From the human T2T-CHM13v2.0 reference genome, Homo sapiens, in assembly GCF_009914755.1 (NCBI RefSeq), contig NC_060935.1: a stretch of 64,000 bases of DNA; one strand, given 5' to 3'. Within the stretch, counting starts at the first letter, position 1. Every line of letters starts with the position of its first letter. This document shows positions 1 through 16,180 of the stretch, piece by piece. Made by a program: the position numbers and the translations under genes. The notes beneath the pieces were generated by a model. That model worked only from the letters and a program-made list of their open reading frames with translations, ran no database searches and was not told the DNA's origin.

Positions 1-1877
1 GTAACTAGATGCCTCAAAGGCCTGCTTCATTCCACGTTTATTAGAACTAGAACTGTGTTACATTGCCTTCGCAGGGTGAAACTTGAATACTCGTGTGTCT
101 CATAAAGCCGGATTCCTTTCAAAGAGACCTTATTCTTCCACTAGTGGGATCAAACCATGTTCATGGGAAGATGCTCCCTCTATGGCAGGCACCTTCAGAA
201 GCCCTGCAGCCAGATTTGATCCTGGAATAGTAGCTTCAATGAGGGCAGAGATAACTGGGTGTGCACGTTTGCTTTGGAGTGAGAGGACTGCCTGGTCCTG
301 AGGGCTTTGTGAAGGGAGGTAGGCTTAGATGAGCCCAGGAGTTGCATCACTTGAGGTGATTAAAGGCCCTGATTTAAAGTAGGTTGAGACTTAGATTTAT
401 TTAGATTTACATATTTATTTCCTTAAGCCATTTCAGGTTTTCGACCAAGTTACTAGAAGCACTTTTTACCAAGTTGAATTTCTGTCCTTGGATTGCTAAA
501 CTGTTCCCCAAGCCAAATTAATAAAATGGAATTTCTTATTAAGAATGAATTATTAAGCAAAATGGAAGTGCTGGGCTAGGGAAGCAGTTGATGCAATTTG
601 TTTTCCAAGCCTTAAAAGTGCTGCAGTATGCATAGATCACAAGGACTGGCTTCAGTGCCAACACATGGGGCATTAATTTTTTTGGTAGAGGATTCCAGGT
701 TTACAGGATATCAGAAGTGCTGACTTGGCAGCAAAATCCCATTTGTAACATGTTAGATTAGGAAACAGATTGATTTATATGTTGATGTAATGGATCAAGG
801 CACAGTCTGTGCTTAAGGAAATGGACAGCACATTAAATAAGGGCATTTTCAAGGTAGAAGTACAAACATTACAGAAAAAATTAGCCTTTTATACCCTAGG
901 TAGGGTTGGGGTATGTTTGATTAGTTGACTCCTAAAACATGGTCCACAGAGGCTTTTTATATTTCCGATGATACCTTCTTGAGAGTCTCTTAAGACCACA
1001 AGGATTAATCTTTCTGAACTCAAAAGTGAATCACTACAGCATATTAGCTGTCTGGAATGATTCCAGTTTCTCTGCTTTTTCTTGGTGGTAACTGATGTGA
1101 GGATCTGTTGGTGCTTAGCTGCCTCTTCCTGTTGCTTTAACCTCTGGTATTTTAAGATTCTCTTTAGGGAAGATAGTACTGACCATCTCAGCACAGAGCC
1201 GAAATGCACTTAGCGCTGATGTGTTGACCTTAGTGGTTGACCCATAAACTGAACATTTATACAGTTGGAACTCTTGCGGTCTTTTAGCCAACAACCATAA
1301 TGAGTAACATGTGGAACATAATCTTTGGTGCTGATAAATGGCTTTTTACGATGAAATTGACCATTCCACGCTGTGGCTTGGGTGACCTCATGTAACTAAT
1401 TACTGTTTCTTAGCTATATTCACTTTTGGAATTTAAGGGGTAAATGGTTTCTCCTTCTGCAGGCTGAACTGCTGACAGATTAAATACCACCTGAAATCTG
1501 ATTTGTTTAGTAGCTGTCTTTAATGTAAAAATATAGAAGGCCAGAGGGAATCTAGGAAACACTGCTCAGAAGCTTTCAGACTTAACTATAGGAGTTCATT
1601 CGTAGCAGGTTTAGGAAGCACATTCCTTCCGACCTGTAGATTGGGCTTTTCATATACGTATTTATCATGTCTTCTTGGATTTTCTTCATTTAATTCTATC
1701 TGAGCTTTCGAAGTGGGAAGCAAAGGATTCGGGGGAGAGCACTGGTTTCAGTACACGAAAATATCCCTGGGGTTTCCTTACCTTTATCTTTGGATATCCC
1801 CATTTTTCTCCACACACAATCCAAGTTTCTAGCCATAATCCTTAGATTACAAAAGAACAGGCCTTTTGGTACACATC

Positions 1878-2185
1878 TTTTTTTTTTTTTTTTTTTTTTT
1901 TTGAGACAGATTCTCTGTCTCTGTTGCCCAGTCTGGAGTGCAGTGGCGCAATCTCGGCTTCACTGCAACCTCTGCCTCCTGGGTTCAAGCGATTCTAGTG
2001 TCTCAGCCTCCCAAGTAGCTAGGACCATAGGCACGCGCCCCCATGCCTGGCTAATTTTTGTATTTTTAGTAGAGACAGGGTTTCACCATGTTGGCCAGGC
2101 TGGTCTCGAGCTCCTGACCTCAGATATCCACCTGCCTCAGCCTCCCAAAGTGCTGGGATTACAGGTGTGAGCCACCGTGCCGGGC
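1878..2185 (-). mobile_element. Alu (AluS)
   Basis: Poly-T then Alu consensus; TSD-like ttggta(ca/tg)catc. Confidence 0.93.
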
Positions 2186-2798
2186 TTGGTATGCATCTTG
2201 AACTAAGTGTGAAGATTAAGCACATCTGTCTTGTGCATCCTTTATACCTTTTAATGATTTGTTTGAATTAAGCACCACTAGAGTATTACCTATGAATAGA
2301 TGTGTGTTCCTTCCTACACATATCTTTAGGTGTTTTTTCCTTCTTTGGGGGAAGCAGGAACTCATATTAGTCTGTAGCTTCACGTGCATTCATACTGAAG
2401 GCATAGGGCCTTCTACTTTAATAAATGAGTATTCGTTCCAGCAGGGTAAAGTCAATTCTAGTTAATAAAGGTGCTAATTGTTTGTTGGGTTTAACTGAGG
2501 TGTTTTTCAGCCCTGATAGATATTGGCAACATTTTAATTCCAAATTAGCTTTCTCCCAGCTGTCCAACAAGGGTTGGTGCTTCCTTCTCTTATACTAGTA
2601 GAAAGCAGGTTCATTTTAATAAGCTTCGAAGCAAAACATATGTCAGATGGTAAATTGGTCCTGGAAAAAGACCATAATATATTTCACAATCAAATTTAAG
2701 TTACTGATTAGAAGGATTGTTCATGTCTGTGTAGTTCATCAGCATAAATAAATTAAAGTTTCCTAGAAAATCATACATTTTCCACATATTTTAAAAGT

Positions 2799-3092
2799 CA
2801 GCTAGGCGTAGTATCTCATGCTTAGGATCCCAGTCCTTTGGGAGGTCAAGGCAGAAGGATCACTTGAGCCCAAGAGTTTGAGACCAGCGTGGGCAACACA
2901 ATGAGACCCCATCTCTACCAAAATATAAATACGTGTATACTGGGTGTGATGGCGCATGCCTGTGGTCCCTGCTACTCAGGAGATTAAGGCTGGAGGATGG
3001 CTTGAGCCCAGGGGGTCGAGACTGTAATGAGCTGAGATTGCCCCATTGCACTCCACCTGGGTGACAGAGCAAGACCCTGTCTCAAAAAAAAA
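2799..3092 (+). mobile_element. Alu (AluJ-like)
   Basis: Diverged dimeric Alu with A-tail. Confidence 0.9.
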
Positions 3093-3370
3093 AGGGTGGG
3101 GGCATCAAAGCTACCCTTTCTTGTTAGTAGGAAAACCATGTCATGTATATGCTGTTTTTGAAAAGAACAACATGGTAGACCATATAATCTAACCCTCCTC
3201 CTCTACAAGTTTTAACTTAAGAACTGTTATTTGTTTATTTATTTTAATTTTGAAGAAAGTTTTGCAGTTGGGGACTCTTATGGCTATAACCACGAGTAAT
3301 GGATGTTTTTAGAGAGATGCCTGTGCTTGTCTCTCTCTTTCTCTCTCTCTCTCCCTGTCTTTCTGTCTGC

Positions 3371-3674
<304 letters not shown>

Positions 3675-3849
3675 GATGCCTGTGCTTTTCTCGTGCATGT
3701 CTGCAGGAGCCTTGCTGTTGTAATGTTACTTCTCAGCTATAGCTTCTGAGCTGTTAATGGTTAGACTGCACATAAAAGGATATGGGCCAAAGACAGATCT
3801 TATGGAATAGTTGATTATTTTTACCCAACATGAGAGAAAATTGTTCATG

Positions 3850-4880
<1,031 letters not shown>

Positions 4881-5024
4881 ATTATTGGAATTTTAGTAAT
4901 TCTCCACTTTCATGATTTGGTGTGTGCAAAGGATTAGAAAGTAGATTAGCTTTTACGAGGACAGACTGCAGTTGGATTATATGTTCTAAAGTTAGAAGTA
5001 TCCCAGATGGGGATTGAGGGTTAG

Positions 5025-6885
<1,861 letters not shown>

Positions 6886-7097
6886 AGTTTTTTCCTTTGC
6901 CTTTCACTTTGATCATACACATCCAGAAGTCACTTTTTATTCTGTTCTAGCTCCTGGGAAAAGGATTTGTTTGTGAATATACAAATAGTAAATAATTAAG
7001 GTTTTTAAAAGATGCATTCTGTCACATAGACCTGAATGACTGTTGCCTCTGTGCTAGCCTTCTTGGAGTAAACCTGCAATTTTTTTCCCTTTGGTAG

Positions 7098-7271
7098 GCT
7101 CTTGCAGCCAATGCCGGAACAGGATTTGCTGTTGCTGAGCCTCAAATCGCAATGTTTTGTGGGAAGTTAAATATGCATGTGAACATTCAGACTGGGAAAT
7201 GGGAACCTGATCCAACAGGCACCAAGAGCTGCTTTGAAACAAAAGAAGAAGTTCTTCAGTACTGTCAGGAG
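7098..7271 (+). CDS. APLP2: APLP2 exon 2 (E1 growth-factor-like domain, ALAANAG...LQYCQE)
   Basis: ttggtag|GCT...GAG|gtaaga; 174 nt, phase 0/0; translation matches APLP2. Confidence 0.97.
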
Positions 7272-7679
7272 GTAAGAGTGTTGCCAGTAAGTTGAAAGTG
7301 TTATTTTTCTGGGGCAGGGTTGAATCTGTTTACCTTAGAAATAGATATTCTGTCATTCTCTTTTGACCTAAGACCAAGATGCTAATGACTGGAGCCCCAA
7401 GCCTTTTGTTTCTAAATGTGTGGCATGACTGAGACCTCTCAAAGGCTTTGCCTGCGTGTTCTGTGAGCTCTCAGTTCTTTAAGGAAGAGATACTGCAGAA
7501 GCCTGGCAAGTGCCATGGAAGTGCAGCCTGCTTCTCATCCTCCCACTTGTCTTGGAAGATGGAAAACAAAACATGTCTCCTTACTGACAGAAAGCCACCA
7601 GTATTGTAAAGGATCATCTCAGGTCTGATTCAACTCTGTGTTAAAGAGAAAATGATAGGAGATGTTATAACTTGTATTT

Positions 7680-7800
7680 ATTTTTTCTGATAGAGACAGG
7701 GTCTTGCTACATTGGCCAGGGTACTCTCAAACTCCTGGCCTCAAGCCATCCTCCCCAGCCTCCCAAAGTGCTGGGATTATAGGCATCAGCCACCACTTCT
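7680..7800 (-). mobile_element. FLAM/Alu left monomer
   Basis: Single left-arm Alu sequence in intron 2. Confidence 0.8.
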
Positions 7801-8206
7801 TACCAAGATGAGCAGACAGGGCCAGGGTCAAGTTCTGTAATTTCATTGACAGATGTTTCCATAGACTTGCCTCACGGAGCCATCAGTTCAACAGCTACCC
7901 TACAAGCAAACTTGACATCTCATGAATTTGTTTTGGGCTAAAAGCGTGCTGCTTTTGTTTGTCCTTAAATACATATCCCTTTTGAAAACAGAATGCGTGG
8001 AAGTGTTCAGAAATCTAACCTGTCAAAACTAATACAGTATCTTTTTGTTTGATGACTTCAGTTAGAGCCAGGGATAATGGAGTGGAACTTTAGATGTATG
8101 TAGGATAAGGGTGGAGGCTGAATAAACTTAGACACTCCATCCTTACTTGCAAGTGTGTGTCTGTCTGCAGATTGATTTATTGTGTGTGTGTTTGTTTTCT
8201 TAACAG

Positions 8207-8330
8207 ATGTATCCAGAGCTACAGATCACAAATGTGATGGAGGCAAACCAGCGGGTTAGTATTGACAACTGGTGCCGGAGGGACAAAAAGCAATGCAAGA
8301 GTCGCTTTGTTACACCTTTCAAGTGTCTCG
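8207..8330 (+). CDS. APLP2: APLP2 exon 3 (MYPELQ...FKCL)
   Basis: taacag|ATG...CTCG|gtgagt; 124 nt. Confidence 0.97.
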
Positions 8331-9769
8331 GTGAGTGTTCTTGGTTACTTTTCAGGAAGTGCCAGCCCCCTCCCATTTTAAATTTAATTTTCTCTTGGCT
8401 CACAGTGAAATATTTACACCTGTTAAGAAGCTGAGTGTGACATGAATTTATTGGGGAGAATTTCTCTTAGGGGTGTTTGCTGGCTTCGAGTGTCAGTGGT
8501 TGACCTCCTCTCAGTGATGGCTAACTCTGCCTTCCCATTGTAGACATCCTTCCTCAGGACTGAATAAGGGTGCTACCCACAGAGCAATTGCACTTACGCC
8601 CTCACATTGTTTGATATCAGTGGTTTATGGTGATAGTGCTGAGTAGTATTAAAGCAAGCAGCCCCATGAGAAGAGTCTTCTGTTTCCCTTACTTTCATCC
8701 CACACACGTTTGCACCATTTGACCAAATTTCTGCTAGCTTTCAGGAGAAAGAAAAGTGACTTATGGCAGCCTGTGGACAGTCAAGGGTACCGGGGCCAGG
8801 GCTTATAGGACCTGCCATTCTGAAGGGTTTGGGGCTGGTAGGGGTGTTCGTGACTCTGTGTTGCTGGTGTCAACATTCAGAGCCAATTTGAGTAAAACGG
8901 TAACTGTTTGTTATGCAGAAACAGAGTTGTTGCTTCAAATGCTCAGGGAATATATTCATTTTAACTATTTGTGCCTGATACATTGGAATTACACTCACAT
9001 ATCTGTGGTCTGGTGATTCAGGAACAGATTTGGTCACAGAAACTTCAAAGGGCAAAAAAAATCAATTTTAGATTAGCCCTGATGGGATTAAAGTAGATAC
9101 AGCATTAATGTAGACATCCTGAGTGGTTCTGTAGCTATATGTAATTGGAACTATTAACTTATTCTCCTCTCTCCCTTCTGTAAAACCTTTCCTTCTGCTT
9201 CTGATGGCAGCAAAATGGAATGTGATACTTTTTCTCATTCTCACGTGTAGCCAAGCCACAGGAAGAAGCGGTGCCCCTGAGCAACAGTGTTTAAAATGTG
9301 TGGCAGTTAACTTTCTTTTAAAATATTCGTGAGGAGCAAGAGGGGCGTCATGTGTGCTTACCACCGTTTACTTTAAACCTGGGCATCTCAAGGCTGGGAG
9401 GCTTGTTAAAAATGTTGTGTGGTGTGGTTTAAGGACGCTTTCTGTTCTGTTTGGCTCTGAGAAATCTCTAGGTATGAGGCTTCATTTGCTCGTTAAAAAA
9501 GTTCTCAAACTAAAAGTGAAATGAGATTATCCTGGAATATTTGTAGACAGTGGATAGAAAGTGCTTGAAATCGTTCCTTCTGCATTGCTCCCCCTAAAGA
9601 CTTTGCAGCCTGATTATCTCCTCTTGTTTGTCCTTGTCACCTTCCAGCTTCACTCCCCACCCAGACATCTGAGTGGGACCTGGGCGACTCTTCGATTCTT
9701 TTGTTATCCTTTATCTCCCTGTATGCGGTCGGTTTCTGAGCCAGCCTCATACTTACTTCTTAAATAGGC

Positions 9770-10272
9770 TTACAGTCATGATTTTCAAACTGTGCGCCGA
9801 GGCACCTCGGGGCATTGAAGCAAAACTCACAGGGCATTCCGGGATGTTTCTGATTTTTCAAGGGAAATGTAATGACATCTGTCAGGCATTCTGCAAACTA
9901 CTAGCTGGAAGTAATTTACAGTTTCATCATGACATCATTTCATTTATTTTGATGACTTCATATCTCTGTGAAGCTGTTTTTAGTTATTCCTGTGATAAAA
10001 AGCAAGTATCTTTTGAAAATCGCTGAAAAAGAAATGAGGGTGATGGTGTTCAGTCTGATTGCAGTTGGGGGAGATGTGCAGGGCCCACTGGGCACTAAGG
10101 TGACAGGACACAGTACTTATTAAGTTGTTGGGTCTAAGGTGACCGGACACAGTACTTATTAAGTTGTTGGGTCTAACTACTTAACTTTTCGGTACTTTTT
10201 TTAGCCTAGGAATCCTGTGAAAAAGTTCCTAAGACACTCAGGGTGCTGTGAGTCGAAAATGTGGTTATCGCT
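9770..10272 (+). mobile_element. hAT-Charlie DNA transposon remnant
   Basis: Charlie-like terminus (gattttcaaactgtg) and degenerate transposase C-terminal motif TSYLCEAVFS at ~9955-9984. Confidence 0.65.
10095..10176. repeat. 39-bp tandem duplication
   Basis: ctaaggtgac(a/c)ggacacagtacttattaagttgttgggt x2, followed by ctaa. Confidence 0.95.
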
Positions 10273-10329
10273 GGCTTGTGTCCTCTTCCTGCATCAGATT
10301 CCCACTGCCCTAGCTCAGCCTGTGGTCAG

Positions 10330-10880
10330 TTCTTGTCTGGGCCGAGAGCAGCCTCCATGCTGTTTCTCAGTGCTGGCTGTCCAATCTGTTGCCTGCAGAT
10401 TGAAAATGAAGACCAAATCATGTCTCTCATGCACAAAATCTTAAAAAAGAATGTTGAAACTCCTTAGCGTGGCTTCAAAACTCCATGATCTGGCCCTTGC
10501 TCAACTCTCCCCTGTTCTCTGTGATGTCATGCTTTAGGTTTTATCAGCATCAACCACCCCAGGGTGGTCGTGCACCATCCAGCTCTCAGCATTTGGAATG
10601 GCTTTCCTCTGCTGACTTTGCTTGGGAAGTTCTTCCTGCAAGGCTTACCTCAGGAGTTGCCTCCTTTAAAGGGATCCTTTCCTGGTCTTATTTTCTATCC
10701 ATTCATCCAGGTTTCTGTAATACTCCTTGCTGTTGCCATCGCACTTATCACACTGTACCATGATTGTTCATAGACCTTTCTCCAACTATGCTGTGAACAC
10801 CTTGCCAGCAGCGACCCTGTTTTAGTCTTTTTTGTCAACCTCAGCACCGTGGTAGTGCCTAGAATATCGGATATACTGTT
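10330..10880 (+). mobile_element. L2 fragment
   Basis: Degenerate L2 3' region (ctccttagcgtggcttcaaaactccatgatctggccc ... cagcaccgtggtagtgcctag). Confidence 0.55.
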
Positions 10881-11449
10881 TACGATAATTACAACACAAA
10901 AATACTACTATAGTTGGTACACAACAGAAATTTTATTTTATTGCTTTATTTCCCAAATGATAGAGTTTAAATTTGTTAGCATGTTACAGAACCAAACAAT
11001 AGTATTGTCATTAATGAAATGCATAAAAGACAGTTTAACCATAATCCATTTGGTGCCTTCTTTGCATTGTGGTCACTGAATAAAGCATTATACAATCTTT
11101 GGTGTTACTTCAGATGGTTATTCATGTTTACCCCAGCATCCATTTGGACAACTTAGTAACCAGTCGGTAGAGCTATCCATTGATATTTTTACATAAGCAC
11201 AGTTGCCTGAGCCTAAACGAATAAGGGGTGACATGACTGGAGTTTAAGGGAGGGAGTAGGAAAGACATATTGCAGTTCTCCCTTATCAGTTAGATTTTGA
11301 TGTCTCCCTGCCCCTTCCGCTGTCACCTCCACTTCGAGCACCCAGGCAGAACTGACATCATTCAGTTAATAATGGCCACCACCTTTTCCCCCCATAGACT
11401 CCCTTAGAAAGCCTTTTGATGATAGTCTTTTAGAGTTGCTATTGCTTTT

Positions 11450-12420
11450 TTAAATTAAAAAATAATAGTTTAAAAATAATTTCAAATTTACAGAATGGTT
11501 ACAAAAATGGCACAGAGTTCCTCTGTGTACCCTTCACCCAGATTTCAGATTTTCCAACTGTTAACATTTGATCAATGTGGTAAAAAATCTTATTCTCCCT
11601 TCCCAGTACCCCTCACACACATACTCGAGGTTTGTTGTTTTTTGAATCATTTGGCAATAAGGCAAACATGGTATCCTTATGCCTTAATACTACAGTGTGT
11701 ATTTTTAAAAAGCAAGGAAATTCTCCTACGTAACCGTGGTATAATCATCAAAAATCAAGATTTTGTAGACAATATCTAGTTGATCCAATATCTCATCTAC
11801 AGACCCTACTCAGGTTTCACCTGTTGTTCTAATAACATCCAGGATCTAATCTAAGATTACATGTTGCATATTTCCTTGTCCTTTGTGACATTGATTTTTT
11901 TTTTTTTAACTACAGACCAGTTCCTTTATAGAAAAGTTTTCAATTAGCAGTGATCACGCCTCCGATAAACCTCACTGGCTACGATACTGCCACTGCACAA
12001 AGCTCAGTTCCTTTATAGAATGCCTTGCAATTTGTGTTTTTCTGTGATCCTTTTGATTTATTCATTTTTGAGGGGAGTATCACAGAAGGGTTCTCACTGC
12101 ATCATAGCAGGAGTAGTGCGATACCAGTTTGTTTCATCACCTGGCTAAGATGGTATCTACATTCATTTGTCTTACTATGTACACATTGTCTGCATTTGGC
12201 CAGTGGGGGCCCCGTTATGCTGGTTCCTGTGTCCTTATAACATGTCCCTATCATTCTTTGAGAACTTTACTTTCTGATACAAAAGATTCTCCAAGTCCAT
12301 TCTGTATTTTCCCTACTCCACTCCTGGAGTCTGTTTTCTCTGAGACACCATGGTTTCTTTTAGTGGGGAATGCTATTTTGAAACCCAGATCTGGGCCTTA
12401 GGTGATTTGTTTTTTGTTTT
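11450..12420 (-). mobile_element. Old L1M (L1MC-like) fragment hosting the U4 retrocopy
   Basis: L1MC 3'UTR-like motifs (aataatttcaaatttacagaa...gttcctctgtgtacccttcacccag). Confidence 0.65.
11931..12004 (-). pseudogene. 3'-truncated U4 snRNA retropseudogene (U4 nt 1-74)
   Basis: Reverse complement AGCTTTGTGCAGTGGCAGTATCGTAGCCAGTGAGGTTTATCGGAGGCGTGATCACTGCTAATTGAAAACTTTTC, about 68/74 identical to U4 as recalled; 16-bp TSD cagttcctttatagaa at 11918-11933 and 12005-12020. Confidence 0.95.
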
Positions 12421-12869
12421 TGGTTATTTTTGGACAGAGATTTGGACAGGTAGTGTTGTTGCGATATGAAAACTACTAAAGTTCTGATTTAATATCTACT
12501 TTGAAAACAAAACTGGTCTCGGCAGCTTTGAGGTGCTGTCTTCTGCATTTGTACCTTGGTCTGTTGGCATAGCTCACTTTTCCATTGCAGGTGTCCTTTT
12601 GCAAGTCTTCTAGCCTTTGAGTTCATGACAGCCACTGACAGTTCACCCTGTTCCTGGTGTGGACCCCTGTGCAAGGTGAATGTTCCACTCTCGAGAGGTA
12701 GCGTGGATCCTTCACTTCTCTGAACCCTGTTTTCCCTGAAACATACCTGGGGTGACCACCAGACCTCATTACATAAGGCTGTTTTCTCCCACCTGGGTAC
12801 AGCTTTTACCAGCTCCCTAAATTACATGGTTTTCCTGTTTGCACCTGGAGTGTACTTTTGTAGTATATT

Positions 12870-12985
12870 TATTATTATTTTTTTAATTTTTAATTTTTGT
12901 GGGTATATAGTAGGTGTCTGTATTTATGGAGTACACGAGATATTTTGATACAGGCATATAGTGTGTAATAGTCATGTCAGGGTAT
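12870..12985 (-). mobile_element. L1MA 3'-end fragment
   Basis: tttttgtgggtatatagtaggtg...gagatattttgatacaggcat. Confidence 0.7.
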
Positions 12986-14144
12986 GTAGTAGATTTACTT
13001 ATATGCATGGGTGTTGGTGTTGGAGGCTTCCTCAAGTAGGTAAACAACCTTTGTTATTTATTCTGAAAGGAATTTCAGCAACTCTGAAAAAGCTCTAAAA
13101 CCTGGATGGCTGCCATAGCACTGCTGGAGAGAAGTAGTAGGAAAGAAAAGCTGAATCACAGGGATGATTAGAAATTGGCGATAAATCCTAACTGCAGCTT
13201 AAATGAATATTGTATAGGTTAGGTTTTGCTATATTGCCATATTCATTGATCAGCAAAAACAGTAGAGCTTTATGTTTGTCCAGTGACTTAGGAAATTGTG
13301 GCAATTATATTATACTCCGCTGATAAAATTGAGGATGTTACCAGCTTGAATATAAATTACTAAAGTGAGAGCAAACCATTTTCAATGTTCTGTAAAACAG
13401 AGTAATACTGATCTGCCTAGGTAAATTTTTTTCCCTAGGAGCTTCTGATGAAAAATTGTAGCAAAGGCAGAGAGTAGCAATGAAATGATAGAGCGGATGC
13501 TGGGATTGAAATGTGTTTCCTCTTTCAGTCTACTTTTTAAAAAGGGGTTTATTTTTCAATAAAAGAAGTTTGCATTGGGGGAAGGGGACAAAAACAATTA
13601 TTTTCAGTTTCTGTACTAAGTTAACTGTGATTAACATTTTGGGGTATAGATGAACATTTTTTTCTTTGGATACACATGGAAATGTATATACTTTTAAATG
13701 TTTTTTCCCTAACTGTGATGATACAACGTATGCTCCTCTGTTTAAAGTTCTGTTTATTTTTATTTGGCATTTATTGAGCTTTTATTATCATGTGCTACTT
13801 TTAGGGATACATACATCTTTGAATAAAAGATAAGGTTGGGAGAAAAAAAAAAGATAAAGTTGGCCTTAAGTAACTAGCCTGAAGAAGGGGTTAGAGATAC
13901 GCAGTGGGTTTCCTTTTGTTTGTTTGTTCAATGATTTTAAAAATTATTAAACCACCATGGAAAAATGTCCATGTTAAATATACACATAAGCCATATTTCT
14001 TGTAACCCCATACTATTCTGTTGTATATATGTATCATCATTTAATTAATTCCCTCTCGATGGACATTTAGGTTTGTTCTAGTTTTTTGATATTAATAACA
14101 CTAATGAATATTTTAATTCACTTGCCTAGTTATTTCCTTAGGGT

Positions 14145-14438
14145 GTGTATCTTTTTCTTTTTTTCTTTTTCTTTTTAAGACAGGGTCGCCGTCACCCAGG
14201 CTGGAGTGCAGTGGCGCGATCTTGGCTGACTGCGGCCTTGGTCCTGCGTGTCCCCCTTTCCACCCTGCAGCTGAGATTACAGGCATTCGCCACCACGCCT
14301 GGCTCATTTTTACTATTTCTAGTAGAGATGGGGTTTCCCCATGTTGGCCAGGCTGGTCTTGAACTCCTAACCTCAAGTGATCCACCTGCCTCAGCCTCAT
14401 AAAGTGCTGGGATTACAGGCATGAGCCCCTGCGTCCAG
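14145..14438 (-). mobile_element. Alu (AluS) with internal non-Alu patch
   Basis: Alu consensus except 14235-14268; TSD tccttagggt. Confidence 0.9.
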
Positions 14439-14516
14439 ACATCCTTAGGGTATCTTTTTAGAACTGGAATTGTTGAATCAAAGAGTACTGTTAAAAGATA
14501 TATATATATATTTTTA

Positions 14517-14809
14517 GGCCAGGCCTGGTGGCTTATGCCTGTAATCACAGCACTTTGGGAGGCTGGGATGGGAGGATCATTTGAGATCAGGAGTTCAAGA
14601 CCAGCCTGACCAACACGGTGAAACCCCATCTCTACTAAAAATAGTAAAAATTAGCTGGGTGTGGTGGCGAACGCCTGTAATGTCAGTTACTCAGGAGGCT
14701 GAAGCAGAAGAATTGCTTGAACCTGGGAGGCAGAGGATGCAGTGAGCCAAGATTGTGCCACTGTACTCCAGCCTGGGTGATGGTGTGAGACTCCATCTTA
14801 AAAAAAAAA
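14517..14809 (+). mobile_element. Alu (AluS)
   Basis: Full dimer with A-tail. Confidence 0.93.
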
Positions 14810-15116
14810 GTTAAATTTTAGAATTTAGTTTGTTTTCAAATTCAGTGGTGTTCTTTTTTGATTTTTAGAGATCGAACAGATTGATTCAGTCATGGAATAG
14901 CTGAAGATTAGTGGCATTTAATTTTATGGTTTAGCATGGAATTAATTATTTTATTAAATTTTTGGCATTTCCGAAAAGGTTTTGATTTTAAACTTTAATT
15001 CTGAAATATTACACCAAGCATCCTGAAGAGATGAGACATAATGTGATGGTTGCTCATATGCTCACCCTCCTGATTTCAGTTCTTCAGTGTTCTGTCATGT
15101 TTGCTTCATCTCCATC

Positions 15117-15293
15117 TTTTTTTTTTTCTGAGACGGAGTCTCTTGCCCAGGCTGGAGTGCAGTGGCATGATCTCGGCTCACTGCAACCTCAGCCTCCTGA
15201 GTAGCTGGAATTACAGGTGCATGCCACCATGCCTGGCTAATTTTTGTATTTTTAGTAGAGGTGGGGTGTCACCATGCTGGCCAGGCTGGTCTC
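15117..15293 (-). mobile_element. Truncated, internally deleted Alu
   Basis: Partial Alu consensus. Confidence 0.85.
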
Positions 15294-15458
15294 AGTTCTT
15301 TTGCAACATTTACATGCATCTATAAACAATGTTTTTGTGTTTTAAAATTTACATTAATGGCATCATACTGTACCTGACCTTTTACAGCTTGCTTTTACTT
15401 TACATCATTTTTTAGTTTATCCAAGGTGTTGTATAGATTGAGTTAAAGGTTGTATTTC

Positions 15459-15810
<352 letters not shown>

Positions 15811-16029
15811 TTAAATTTTTTTGATGTTGCAGTTGCACATTTAAAAGTGAGGTTTTACAAATTAAAGTGCATTAACTGTTGCTTAAATATACATTGCTTT
15901 ATGAGTATGGTTGAATAGTTCGTATAAAACTAGTTCCTCAAGACTTCACTAACATTAACATCAATAGTGCCTACCAGGTGTCAGTTTCTGTTTTTATTTT
16001 AAACAACAAACCCACATGTGGAACAATAG

Positions 16030-16180
16030 TTTCTGTTCTAAGCTTTTCTTGTTGTATAGATTATGTCATTTAGTCCCCACAAGATAAAGAAACCGAGGGA
16101 CAGAAAGGTTAAGTAACTTGGCTAAGGTTACTCTGCTAGTAAATGACAGTGCTGAGATTGAACCCTAGCATTCAACCCTG
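16030..16180 (-). mobile_element. MIR
   Basis: aggttaagtaacttggctaaggttac core. Confidence 0.75.

Noticed and set aside
889-1209. 106-aa minus-strand ORF with a coiled-coil-like stretch
   Set aside because: No recognisable homology, promoter, splice structure or retrocopy hallmarks
10095-10176. Direct repeats as a possible CRISPR-like array
   Set aside because: Two adjacent units with no spacers in human intronic DNA; a simple tandem duplication
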